Positions 12,010-25,495 of a stretch of DNA of 64,000 nucleotides are shown one piece after another. Within the stretch, counting starts at the first letter, position 1; every line of letters starts with the position of its first letter. The stretch is taken from assembly GCA_964016885.1 (NCBI GenBank), contig CAXHJY010000132.1, forward strand, positions 1 to 64,000, in the 5' to 3' direction. The notes under the pieces were generated by a model, which made no database searches, was not told the DNA's origin, and saw nothing but the letters and a program-made list of their open reading frames with translations. This stretch comes from Eledone cirrhosa (lineage: Eukaryota). The translations under genes were made by a program, and so were the position numbers.

Positions 12010-15000
12010 GGAATGAAATAACGAGAACACAATCTAGTGATGGCGGGATGAGATGAGAAAGTAGTTTACAAGAAGCAACAGTCAAAACATTCCGAAAAAA
12101 CTCAACGAATATATGGAGTTCAGCATAAGCAATATTATCGCATTTTTTTTTTTTAAACTGGTGTTAGTCCCAAATATTAGTAGCACTCAAGGAAAACACC
12201 AAGTATATATATATAAATGAAAATAAAATTAATGTAAGCAAAATGCGAACAATATTTCAGGTATATAAATGACTATACCATCAAAATAAAAAAATATTTA
12301 ATGCAAGATGAGGGAAAAAAAAGTAATCTTAATTCAAAACGAATCAAGTAGAAAAATTTTGTTATGAAACTTTATGGGTGTTGGGGAAAAAGCAATACAA
12401 TATTCATTAAAATTAAAATAAAAATGAAATACTTAACCGTCAATTTGAGGAAAACTACAAATGCACTATATATTATTAAAAGACCTTGTCAAGAAACTTT
12501 TCAGTGGTGTTAGTCATGGTTGGAACCGATCTTCAGTAGTGCGCAACACATTAACTAAATCATCACTACTAAAATATCGAGGGGAAAAAATAATCCACTG
12601 GGATTTAAAAGCAGGCAAGCGAAGAGCGTGTAGAAATGAAATAACCAATCACACGTAGAAGACAAACTAGTGATGGTAGGGTGAGATGAGAATGCGGTTT
12701 ACAAGAAGCAACAGTCAAAACATTCCGAAAAAACTCTACAAGAATATGCTGTTCAATATAAGCAATATTATCGGAGTGTTTTCTTTTTTTATACTGGGAT
12801 TAGTCACAAATATTAGTAACACTCAAGGAAAATACCGAGTATATATATATAAATGAAAATAAAATTAATGTAAGCAAAATGCGAACAATATTTCAGATAT
12901 ATAAATGACTATACTATCAAAATAAAAAAATATTTAATGCAAGATGAGGGAAAAAAAGTAATACAATCTTAATTCAAAACGAATCAAGTAGAAAAATGTT
13001 GTCATCAAATTTTATGTAAGTAGGGGAAAAATCAATACAATCTTAATTCAAAATAAAATAAAGAAGGAATACTTAACCGTCAATTTGGGGAAAACTACAA
13101 ATGAACTATATAGACTTAAAAGATCATGTCACGAAACTTTACAGTGCGGTTATTTACGGTTAGAACCGATCTTGAGTAGTGCTCAACACATTAACTAAAT
13201 CACCACTACTAAAATACCGAGGGCAAACAATAATCCACTGGGATTTAAAAGCAGGCAAGCGAACAGCGTGTAGAAATGAAATAACAAAACACACGTGAAC
13301 ACAAACTAGTGATGGCTGGATGAGATGCGAAAGCAGTGTACACGAAACAACAGTGACAACATTCCCAAAACACTCAACAAAAATATGGAGTTCAGCATAA
13401 GCTATATTATCGCAATCTATTTTTAAAAAACTGGGATTAGTCCCAAATATTAGTAGCACTCAAGGAAAACACCGAGTATATATATATATAAATGAAAATA
13501 AAATTAATATAAGCAAAATGCGAATAATATTTCAGGTATATAAGTGACTATATCATCAAAATAAAAAAAATGATAATGTAAGACGAAGGAAAAAATATTA
13601 ATGCAACCTTACTTCAAAACAGATCAAGAAGAAAAACTTTGTCATCAAACTTTATGTAAGTTGGGGTAAAGGCAGTACAAACTTAATTCAAAATAAAATC
13701 AAGAAGTAATACTTAACCGTCAATTTGGGGAAAACAACATATGCACAATATAGTCTCAAAAGACCATCTCATGAAACTATTCAGTGGGGTTAGTAACGGT
13801 TGGACTCGATCTTCAGTAGTGCTCCACACATTAACTAAATCACCACTACTAAAATACCGAGGGGAAAAAATGATCCACTGGGAGTTAAAAGTAGGCAAGC
13901 GAACAGCGTGTAGAAATGAAATAACAAACCACACGTGAACACAAGCTAGTAATGGCGGGACCAGATGAGAAAGCGCTTTACAAGAAACAACAGTGAAAAC
14001 ATTCCGAAAAAACTCAACAGAAATATGGAGATCAGCATAAGCAATATGATCGCATTCTTTTTTTTTTTAAACTGGGATTAGTCACAAATATTAGTAGCAC
14101 TTAATGAGTACACAGAGTATAAATATATAAATGAAAATAAAATTCATGTAAGCAAAATGCCAACAATAATTCAGGTATATAAGTGACTAAACCATCAAGA
14201 CGAAAAATAATTTAATGTAAGATGAGGGGAAAAAAAGTAATACCATCTTAATTTAAAACAAATTAAGAAGAAAAACTTTGTCATCAAACTTTATGTAAGT
14301 TGAGGAAAAAGCAATACAATCTTAATTCAATATAAAATCCAGAAGTAATATTTAACCTTCAATTTGGGGAAACTACAAATGCACTATATAGTCTCAAAAG
14401 ATCATGTAACAAAACTTTTCAGTGTAGTTTGTCACGGTGGGAACCGATCTTCAGTACTGATCCACACATTAACTAAAACACCACTACTGAAATACCGAGG
14501 GGAAAAATAAATCAACTGGGATTTAAAAGCAGACAAGCGAACAGGGTGTAGAAATGAAATAACAAAACACACGTGAAGACAAACAAGTGATGGCGGGATG
14601 AGATGAGAAATCGGTATACAAGAAATAACAGTGAAAATATTCCGAAAAGACTCAATAAAAATATGGAGCTCAGCATAAGAAATATTATCGCATTCTTTTT
14701 TTTTTAAAACTGGATTAGTCACAAATATTAGTAGCACTCAAGGAAAACACCGAGTATAAATATATAATTGAAAATAAAATTAATGTAAGCAAAATGTCAA
14801 CGATAATTCAGGTATATAAGTGAGTATAACATCAAGATGAAAAAATATTTAATGTGAGATGAGGAAAAAAGAGAAATACAATCTTAATTTAAAACAAATC
14901 AAGAAGAACAACTTTGTCATCAAACTTTATGTAAGTTTGGGTAAAAGCAACACCATCTTAATTCAAAATAAAATCAAGAAGTAATACTTAACCCTCAATT

Positions 15001-18000
15001 TGGGGAAAACTACAAATGCACGATATCGTCTCAAAAGACCATGTCACGAAACTTTTCAGTGGGTCTTGTCACGGTTGGAGTCGATCTTCAATAGAGCTCC
15101 TAACATTAACTAAAACACCACTAGTAAAATATCGAGGGGACAAAATAATCCATTGGGAGTTGAAAGCAAACATGCGAATACGGTGTAGAAATGAAATAAA
15201 GAAACACACGTAAACACAAGCTCGTAAAGGCTGGATGAGATGAGAAAGCATTTTACAAGAAACAACAGTGAAAACATTCCGGAAAGACTCAACAAATATA
15301 TGGAGTTCTGCATAAGCAATATTATCGCATTCTTTTTAAAAAACTCTGGGATTAGTCACAAATTTAGTAGCACTAATGCCAACAATAATGCCAACAATAG
15401 TACAGGTATATAAGTGACTAGACCACCGAGACCAACAATTATTTGATGTAAGATGAGGGAAAAAAAGAAACAAATCTTAATTTAAAACAAATCAAGAAGA
15501 AAAACTTTGTCATCAAACTGTATGTAAGTTTGGGTAAAAGCAATACAATCTTAATTCAAAATAAAATCATGAAGTAATACTTAACCCTCAACTTGGGGAA
15601 AACTACATATGCATTATATAGTCATAAAATACAATGTAAGGAAACTATTCAGTGGAGTTAGTCACGGTTGGAACCGATCTTCAGTAGTGCTCCGCACATT
15701 AACTAAATCACCACTACTAAAATACCGAGGGGAAAATGTAATCCACTGGAAGTTAAAATCACGCATGCGAATAGGGTGTAGAAATGAAATAACAAAACAC
15801 ACGTGAACACAAGCTAGTAATGGCTGGATAAGATGAGAATGCAGTTTACAAGAAGCAACAGTCAAGATATTCAAAAAAAAAAATCAACGTAAATATGGAG
15901 TTCAGCATAAGCAATATTATCGCAGTCTTTAAAAAAAAATGGGGTTAGTCACAAATATAAGTAGAACTCAAGGAAAACAGGGAATATAAATATATAAATG
16001 AAAATAAAATTAATGTTACCAAAATGACAACAATAATTCAGGTATATAAGTGACTAAACCATCTAGAACAGGGTGTAGAAATGAAATAACAAAACACACG
16101 TGAACACAAATTAGGGATGGCGGGATGAGATGAGAAATTGGTTTAAAGGAACAACAGTGATAACATTCTGAAAAAACTCAAAAAAATATGGAGTTCAGCA
16201 TAAGCAACATTATCGCATTCTTTTTAAAAAAAAACTGGGATTATTCACAAATATTAGTAGAACTCGAGGGAAACACCGAGTATAAATATATAAATGGAAA
16301 TAAAATTAATGTAAGCAAAATGATAACAATAATTCAGGTATATAAGTGACTAAACGATCTAGACGAAAAATTATTTACTGTAAGATGAGGGAAAAAAAAG
16401 GAATACAATCTTAATTCAAAACAAATCAAGAAGAAAGACTTTGTCATACAACTAACTATATAAGTTGGGGTAAAAGCAATACAATCTTAATTCAAAATAA
16501 AATCATGAAGTATACTTAACCGTCAATTTGGGGAAACTACATATGCACTATATAGTCTTAAAAAACCATATCACGAACCTATTCAGTTGGGTTAGTTTCG
16601 GTTGGATTCGATCTTCAGTAGTGCTCAATACATTAACAAAATCACCACTACTAAAATACCGAGGGGAAATCTATAATCCACTGGAATTTAAAAGCAGGCT
16701 AGCGAAGACTGTGTAGAAACGAAATAACAAATCACACGTGAACACAAACTAGTGATGGAGGGATGAGATGAGAAATCGGTTTAAAAGAAACAACAGTCAA
16801 AACATTCCGAAAAATCTCATATAAAATTATGGAGTTCAGCATAAGCAATATTTTCGCAGTCTTTTTTGAAAAAGAAATGGGAATATTTGTAGCACTCAAG
16901 GAAAATACCGAATATAAATATATAAATGCAAATAAAATTAATGTAAGTAAAATGCCAACAATAATTCAGGTATATAACTGACTAAATCATCAAGACGAAA
17001 AATTATTTAATGTAAGATGAGAGAAAAAAAGTAATACAAATCTTAATTTAAAACAAATCAAGAAGAACAACTTTGTCATCAAACTTTATGTAAGTTTGGC
17101 TAAAAGCAATACAATCTTAATTCAAAATAAAATCATGAAGTAATACTTAACCGTCAATTTGGGGAAAACTACAAATGCACTATATAGTTTCAAAATGCCA
17201 TGTCAAGAAACTTTTCAGTGGGGTTAATCACGGTTGGAGTCGATCTTCAGTAGTGTTCAACGCATTACCTAAATTTCTACTACTAAAATACCGAGGGGAC
17301 AAAATAATCCACTGGGAGTTAAAAGCAGACAAGCGAACAGGGTATAGAAATGAAATAACAAAACACGCGTGAAGAATAACTAGTGATGGCTGGATGAGAT
17401 GAGAAAGCAGTTTACAAGAAACAACAGTCAATACATTCCGTAAAATCTCAACAAAAATATGGAGTTAAGCATAAGCAATATTATCGTACTCTTTTGAAAA
17501 AAAAATGGGATTAGTCACAAATATTAGTAACACGCAAGGAAAGCACCGTGTATAAATATATAAATGAAAATAAAATTAATGTGAGCAAAATGACAACGAT
17601 AATCCAGTTATAAAACTGAATATAACATCAAGATGAACATATATTTAATGTAAGATGAGGGGTAAAAAGTAATACAATCTTAATTTAAAACAAATCAAGA
17701 AGAAAAACTTTGTCATCAAACTTTATGTAAGTTGGGGTAAAAGCAATACAATCTTAATTCAAAATAAAATAAAAAGTATTACTTAACCGTCAATTTGGGG
17801 AAAACTACATATGCACAATATAGTCTCAAAAGACCATGTAACGAAACTTTTCATTGGGGTTAATCACGGTTTGCATCGATCTTCAGTAGTGCTCAACACA
17901 TTAACTAAATCGCCACTACTAAAATACCGAGGGGAAAAAATAATCCCCTGGGAGTTAAAAGCAGGCTAACGAACAGCGTGTAGAAATGAAATATCAAAAC

Positions 18001-21000
18001 ACACCTGAACACTAACTACTGTTGGCGGGATTATATGAGAAAACAGTTTACAAGAAACAACAGTCAAAACATTTCGAAAAAATCAACAAAAATATGGAGT
18101 TCAGCATAAGCAATATTATCGCAGTTTTTAAAAAAACAGGGATTAGTAAAAATTATTAGTATCACTTAAGTAAATCACCGATTATAAATATATAAATGAA
18201 AATCTAATTAATGTAACCAAAATGCCAACGATAATTCAGGTATATAAGTGACTATACCATCAAGATGAGAAAATATTTAATGTATGAGGGAAGAAAAAGT
18301 AATACAATCTTAATTCAAAACAAATCAAGAAGAAAAACTTTGTCATCAAACTTTATGTAAGTTGGGGTAAAAGCAATACAATCTCAATTCAAAATAAAAT
18401 AAAAAGTAATACTTAACCGTCAATTTGGGGAAAACTACATATGCACAATATAGTCTCAAAAGACCATGTAACGAAACTTTTCATTGGGGTTAGTCACGGT
18501 TTGAGTCGATCTTCAGTAGTGCTCAATACATTAACTAAATCAGCACTACTAAAATACCGAGGGGGAAAAATAATCCCCTGGGAGTTAAAAGCAGGCAAAC
18601 GAACAGCGTGTAGAAATGAAATATCAAAACACACCTGAAAAGAAACTACTGTTGGCGGGATTATATGAGAAAGCAGTTTACAAGAAACAACAATCAAAAC
18701 ATTCCGAAAAAATCAACAAAAATATGGAGTTCAGCATAAGCAATATTATCGCAGTTTTTAAAAAAACAGGGATTAGTAAAAATTATTAGTATCACTTAAG
18801 TAAAACACCGATTATAAATATATAAATGAAAATCTAATTAATGTAACCAAAATGCCAACGATAATTCAGGTATATAAGTGACTATACCATCAAGATGAGA
18901 AAATATTTAATGTATGAGGGAAGAAAAAGTAATACAATCTTAATTCAAAACAAATCAAGAAGAAAAACTTTGTCATCAAACTTTATGTAAGTTGGGGTAA
19001 AAGCAATACAATCTCAATTCAAAATAAAATAAAAAGTAATACTTAACCGTCAATATGGGGAAAACTACATATGCACAATATAGTCTCAAAAGACCATGTA
19101 ACGAAACTTTTCATTGGGGTTAGTCACGATTTGAGTCGATCTTCAGTAGTGCTCAATACATTAACTAAATCAGCACTACTAAAATACCGAGGGGGAAAAA
19201 TAATCCCCTGGGAGTTAAAAGCAGGCAAACGAACAGCGTGTAGAAATGAAATATCAAAACACACCTGAAAAGAAACTACTGTTGGCGGGATTATATGAGA
19301 AAGCAGTTTACAAGAAACAACAATCAAAACATTCCGAAAAAATCAACAAAAATATGGAGTTCAGCATAAGCAATATTATCGCAGTCTTTAAAAAAAAACA
19401 GGGATTAGTAAAAATTATTAGTAGCACTTAAGTAAAACACCGATAATAAATATATAAATGAAAATAAAATTAATGTAAGCAAAATGATAACAATAATTCA
19501 GGTATATAAGTGACTAAACGATCTAGACGAAAAATTATTTACTGTAACATGAGGGAAAAAAAAGGAACACAATCTTAATTCAAAACAAATCAAGAAGAAA
19601 GACTTTGTCATACAACTAACTATATAAGTTGGGGTAAAAGCAATACAATCTTAATTCAAAATAAAATCATGAATTATACTTAACCGTCAATTTGGGGAAA
19701 CTTCATATGCACTATATAGTCTTAAAAAACCATATCACGAACCTATTCAGTGGGGTTAGTTTCCGTTGGAGTCGATCTTCAGTAGTGCTCATTACATTAA
19801 CAAAATCACCACTACTAAAATACCGAGGGGAAATCTATAATCCACTGGAATTTAAAAGCAGGCTAGCGAAGACTGTGTAGAAACGAAATAACAAATCACA
19901 CGTGAACACAAACTAGTGATGGAGGGATGAGATGAGAAATCGGTTTAAAAGAAACAACAGTCAAAACATTCCGAAAAATCTCATATAAAAATATGGAGTT
20001 CAGCATAAGCAATATTTTCGCAGTCTTTTTTGAAAAAGAAATGGGAATATTTGTAGCACTCAAGGAAAATACCGAATATAAATATATAAATGCAAATAAA
20101 ATTAATGTAAGTAAAATGCCAACAATATTTCCGGTATATAAGTGACTAAACCATCAAGAGGAAAAATTATTTAATGTAAGATGAGGGAAAAAAATGAATA
20201 TAATCTTAATTAAAAACAAACCAAGAAGTAAAACTTTGTCATCAAACTTTATGTAAGTTGGGGAAAAAGCAATACAATCTTAATTCAAAATAAAATCAAG
20301 AAGTAATTCTTAACCTTCAATTTGGGGAAACTACAAATGCACTATATAGTCTCAAAAGACCATGTCACGAAACTTTTCAGTGTGGTTTGTCACGGTGGAA
20401 ACCGATCTTCAGTACTGCTCCACACATTAACTAAAACACCACCACTGAAATACCGAGGGGAAAAATAAATCAACTGGGATTTAAAAGCAGGCAAGCGAAC
20501 AGTGTGTAGAAATGAAATAACAAAACACACGTGAACACAAATTAGTGATGGCGGGATGAGATGAGAAATTGGTTTCAAGGAACAACAGTGATAACATTCC
20601 GAAAAAACTCAAAAAAATATGGAGTTCAGCATAAGCAATATTATCGCATTCTTTTTTAAAAAAAACTGGGATTAGTCACAAATATTAGTAGAAGTCAAGG
20701 GAAACACCGAGTATAAATATATAAATGGAAATAAAATTAATGTAAGCAAAATGCCAACAATAATTCAGGTATATAACTGACTAAATCATCAAGACGAACA
20801 ATTATTTAATGTAAGATGAGAGAAAAAAAGTAATACAATCTTAATTTAAAACAAATCAAGAAGAAAAACTTTGTCATGAAAGTTTATGTAAGTTTGGGAA
20901 AAAGCAATGCAATCTTAATTCAAAATAAAATCAAGAAGTAATATCTAAGCGCCAATTTGGGAAAAACTACAAATGCACTATATTATGTTAAAAGACCATG

Positions 21001-22006
21001 TCACGAAACTTTTCAGAGGGGTTAGTCACTGTTGGAGTCGATCTTCTGTAGTGCTCACCACATTAACTAAATCACCACTACTAAAATACCGAGGGGAAAG
21101 AATAATCCACTGGTGGTTAATAGCAGGCAAGCGGACAGCGTGTAGAAATGAAATAACCAAACACACGTTAACACAAACTAGTGATGGCGGGATGAGATGA
21201 GAAAGCAGTTTAAAAGAACAACAGTCAAAACATTCCGAAAAATCTCAACAAAAATATGGAGATCAGCATAAGCAATATTATAGCACCCTTTTGAAAAAAA
21301 AATGGGATTAGTCACAAATATTAGTACCACTCAAATAAAACACCGTGTATCAAATAAATGAAAAGAAAATATATGTAAGCAAAATGCCAACAATAAATCA
21401 GGTATATCAGTGACTATACCATCAAGATGAATAAATATTTAATGTAAGATGAACGGGAAAAAGTAATACAACCTCAATTCAAAGCAAATCAAGAAGAAAA
21501 ACTTTGTCATTAAACTTTATGTAAGTTGGGGGAGAAGTAATACAATCTTTATTCAAAATAACATCAAGAAGTAACACTTAACAGTCAATTTGGGGAAAAC
21601 TACAAATGCACAATATAGTCTTAAAAGACCATGTCACGAAACTTTTCAGTGAGGTTAGTCACGGTTAGACTTCAGTAGTGCTCAACACATTAACTAAATC
21701 ACCACTACTAAAATACCGAGGGGAAAAAATAATCCACTGGGAGTTAAAAGCAGGCAAGCGAATAGCGTGAAGAAATGAAATAACAAAACACGCGTGAACA
21801 CAAGCTAGTAATGGCGGGATGAGATGAGAAAGCACTTTACAATATACAATAGTCAAAACATTCCGAAAAACTCAACAAAAATATGGAGTTCAGCATAAGT
21901 AATATTATCGCAGACTTTTCTTAAAAAAAGTGCGATTCATCACATATATTTCTAGTACTCAAGGAAAATACCGAGTATAAATACATATATGAAAATAAAA
22001 TTATGT
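12010..22006. repeat. tandem array (macrosatellite) of ~630-640 bp units, about 15-16 copies
   Basis: The anchor ATGCAC-like motif recurs at 12461, 13101, 13741, ~14379, 15016, 15609, ~16543, 17175, 17811, 18441, 19071, ~19707, ~20337, 20973 and ~21606. Units are moderately diverged; one internally deleted unit lies near 16065. Confidence 0.97.
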
Positions 22007-23525
22007 TATCCCCCTTGTTCGGATCCTTTCTCAGCAGCGCCACAGCTCCTCGGCTCACAGAGCTGGGAATTCTCCTGTTCTGTTGCCAGTTGCAGTAGAC
22101 GTCCGCCAAGAGGCCTACGGAACAAGTTTGGCATCTTACGTAAAGTTCATAGAGCAGACCATCCAAACCAGGCGATTTACCCCTTGTGCAGCCAGTCATT
22201 GCCTCCCGTACTTCAGCGGCTCTTATCGGCTTTTCGCAACACTCCGTCTCAGTGACCGAGAGCCGCGGCAGTCCGTCGAGGTAGACACTAAAGTCCATCC
22301 CTCGATTGGACCCGCCGCTGCCCCCGAACAGCTGTGCAAAGTGTCGCTGAAAAGCTTCACACATTTGCCCGGCATCGATTAGCATGCGTTCGTCGTGGTC
22401 CACCAAAGACCGGATCGTGGCCTTGTTGCCACGACGCGCCTAACCCACTCGGGCCCATTGAACGGCTTTCGTCGCCTTGTGTCTGAGAGCACGCACCCTA
22501 GCCCTGACAACGCAGCCTTCGTGTTTTGCATTGATGAATTGTTCAAGGGCCAATTTCGCCGCAAGTACATCGGTCGCGATGCCTTTGCTAAGCGCCTCGT
22601 CTAATTTTCTAACTAGTTCTCCCACTGCTCTATATTTCTCTATTGCTAAAACCTTACTAAACCTAATGGACTTTTCAGAGCAAAAAAACACTTGTTGTTG
22701 ACGATGGCCCCCGTCAACGCCCGCTTAACTTGTTCGCTAATCCGGTCTCTGTAGGCCTTGGGCGTTGGTAAGGACGCGTTTAGCTTCCAGTAGCCGGGTC
22801 CTCGTCTATGAAGCCTATCTAAGTCAAGCACACAGATCAAAATGTGTGGTCCGTGTAGCTGACTATCTTGAATTGTGGACAGCCTATGCTAGACCTATCT
22901 AATTCCCTATGAAGTACTCTCTCTAGATATGATCTGGATGACCCTATGCGATTTGTCCAAGTTCACATTGGCACATTCGGGAAATCCAATCGGTACCTGT
23001 CAGACAGTTCAAAACGCCTGAGCAGGTTGGTGAAGCTCTTGCACCCTCCTCCCCTATCCGCTAATCCCACACAGTCCCAACGTGCATCTGAGATCCCGTT
23101 CCAGTCGCCCACTAACACTAAAGAGCGGGACGTTCCAAGAAAGGTCTCCAGGCGCCGGAAGATATCAGGTCGCCCTGCTCCTGCCGGGGCATAGACGGCC
23201 ACTAGCCTGAAAGCTTGCCCGTCTCCGCTGGTCAGGTCCAGCACCACCAACTTACCTCTGGGTCCAGGAAGATGGCCCGTATGGCGAGATCCAAACCTCT
23301 CCGAAAAAGCACAGCAACTCCTTCCCCCAATCCAGGACGGCTGGGAGATGCGTACACATTGTAGCCGCCAAAGATCGGTGCGAAAGCCCGTGCTTCGGAG
23401 ATACTGGTTTCGCTGATGGCCACTACATCTATGTTTAGTGACCTGAGGTCATTGGGCAGGTGGCCCTGCTTCCATGACAACCCCAAGCCACGCGCATTTA
23501 TGCTGCCTATTCTGAGTGAGGTCAT
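22007..23525 (-). pseudogene. L1/Tx1 ORF2: APE endonuclease and start of RT, frameshifted
   Basis: MTSLRIGSINARGL, VVAISET, RLVAVYAP, LVLVGDWN, DRYR, SRSYL.R, YTDH, GPGYWKLN, KSPGLDGL, ALLRKDPNKGD. Confidence 0.9.
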
Positions 23526-23564
23526 GTTGAAATAGAGTGGAAAAGACGGCAAAGACCACTTGCG

Positions 23565-25495
23565 TTACTTCTCGTAGAGGAAGGATGGTTTCTCCATCCT
23601 TTTCACTTCTTCTGGCCTCCCCGGAAGGATGTCCTTATAAATCCTCCTGGAGAGTGCTTGTCGGAAGTCTACGAATTCTTTGGGTATTTTTGCTTTAGTG
23701 TCGTGTACGTTTTCTGTGTGATGCGAGTGATTTGTATGTGTGGAGGAGGTGTTAAATTTTGGGTTGTTGTGTAGTATTTTTCTGTGATGCTGGTGTTGTG
23801 TTGGATGTAGTGTAATAATTGTTTGTTCAAATTTAATGCTGTGTAGTGTGTATCGTTTTGGTTGTTTTGTTCTGTTTGCGTTTGTTGTGGGTTTGTTTCT
23901 GTTTCGCTTTTTGGTGACTTTTGAGGTGTTGGTGATGGTGGTGTTGGGGATAATGATGGTGATGGTGTTGATGTTTATGGTGATGGGGTTGGTGATGCTG
24001 GTGTGGATGGTGAAATATCTGTCCTAACCTTTTTGTTTGATAGTTTATTTGTTTCCCTCTGTATTTTATTTTTGGAGGGGGAAGGAAGAGGATTTTTTTT
24101 CTTTTTGGGTTTCTTTTTCTTTTTTTCTTTTGTCCTGATACCGTTTCCCACTCCTCGTCGTCACAATCTGTTTCCAGTTGCGATAGATCGGGGAGTGAAA
24201 AATCCTCCACAGGCGTTGGTTTTGGTTGTGGCGTGGTGGATGGTGTAGGCGCTGGTGCTAGTTCTGAAGCGTTGGGTGGTGGTGCTGTTGGTTTTGCTAC
24301 TGTTGCTGGAGTTGTTGTTGTTACAGTTGCTTCTGTTGTTGCTGCTACAGTTGTTGCTGCCATTTCTGCTGATGGTAGTGTTGATGGTTGAGTCACTGGT
24401 GTGGGTAAGAGAGGTGGCCTCAACCTTTTAGCCTGAGGGCAGAAAGCCCATAGGTGGGTTCCTTCTCCAAACGACACACCTAGGCCTTCTGCCCTCGACG
24501 ATTACGGGGAGGTGGCTGTGTCAGTGAGGTCTATTACCTCTGGGATCTCCTCAATGCTTCTTTGGTCCGCTTGGACCAGGAGCTCCATCCCAGATCCGGA
24601 CCAGTTCTCCTGCTTTTCTTTCGCTATTTCGATTATCTTGGTGTTGGCCTCGATGCCGGGGAGGACGGCAGCCATTAGCCAGGGAATTTCGATGGCCGGT
24701 GGAATGTGGGTCACCCTGATCTTTAAGAGTCTCTGGTCACAATAGTTTGGGACGAGTGTGAAGTCGTCACTTCTTAATGGGGCCATGGAGTGTTCTCTGG
24801 CCTCCTGTGGCTTTTCAAAGAACACGTCCATGGTTCCATATTTCTGCCCACGTCTGATGTGGGTTTTTTTACCCACACATGTCCCAAAGCTTTTTGGATT
24901 CGGGACTCGGATGCCAGTTCCACTCGGCGCGATTTTATGTTGATCGTCCGATAAGACACGGTGCATAGGCGCCGATGCTCCATTTTATTAGGTGGGGGTG
25001 GGGCTTATCCTGTACCCATCTTTCTTTACCATTCTTTTGGCTTCTTCTAATTCCTCTTGAGTTACCTGGATTGCTTCGCACTTTTTTGCTACTCTGGCAA
25101 AAGACAGGGTTTTCTTATTCTCATTGTTGCTGCTGTTGTTATCGTTATTTTTGTTATTGTTAATTTTAGTTTCAGTTGTGGTGGTGGTGGCGTCAGTGGT
25201 GTTCGGTGTGGAAGAGTTCATTTTGGGTGAATTCATTTCGATATCACGAGATAATTTATTTTTTTCTTTTTGTTTCTGTTGTCGCTGTGGTGGTGGTCGC
25301 GATGGCGGCTGCAACACCTGCAGTCATTGGTAATGGCGGGAAATGAATGTATGCCTGAGACAAATTTAAAATATTGCTACTGCTTATATTTTTAGTGTTG
25401 GCAAACGTAATAATATTTACAATGGTGGTGTCGGTGTGAGGTGTTAGTTTGTGAGGAAGGCTCTCAGCTACTGGGTTCAGCTGTGAGTCGGCCAT
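23565..25495 (-). pseudogene. L1/Tx1 ORF1 (gag-like), disrupted
   Basis: Low-complexity N-terminus, SFARVAK motif, a globular RRM-like segment (LLKIRVTHIPPAIEIPWL), a frameshifted knuckle GRRPRC.../GEGTHLWAFCP, then a T/P-rich and basic tail; stop about 40 bp before the ORF2 ATG. Confidence 0.75.

Noticed and set aside
12495-12540. Hammerhead core in the 635-bp unit (minus CTGAAGA...GAAA)
   Set aside because: The intervening 27 nt do not form helix II with a closing purine-pyrimidine pair, and no helix I is evident.
13160-21856. Minus-strand ORFs in the 635-bp units as genes or exons
   Set aside because: Starts and lengths vary, many use non-ATG starts, and no consistent splice acceptor/donor pair was found.
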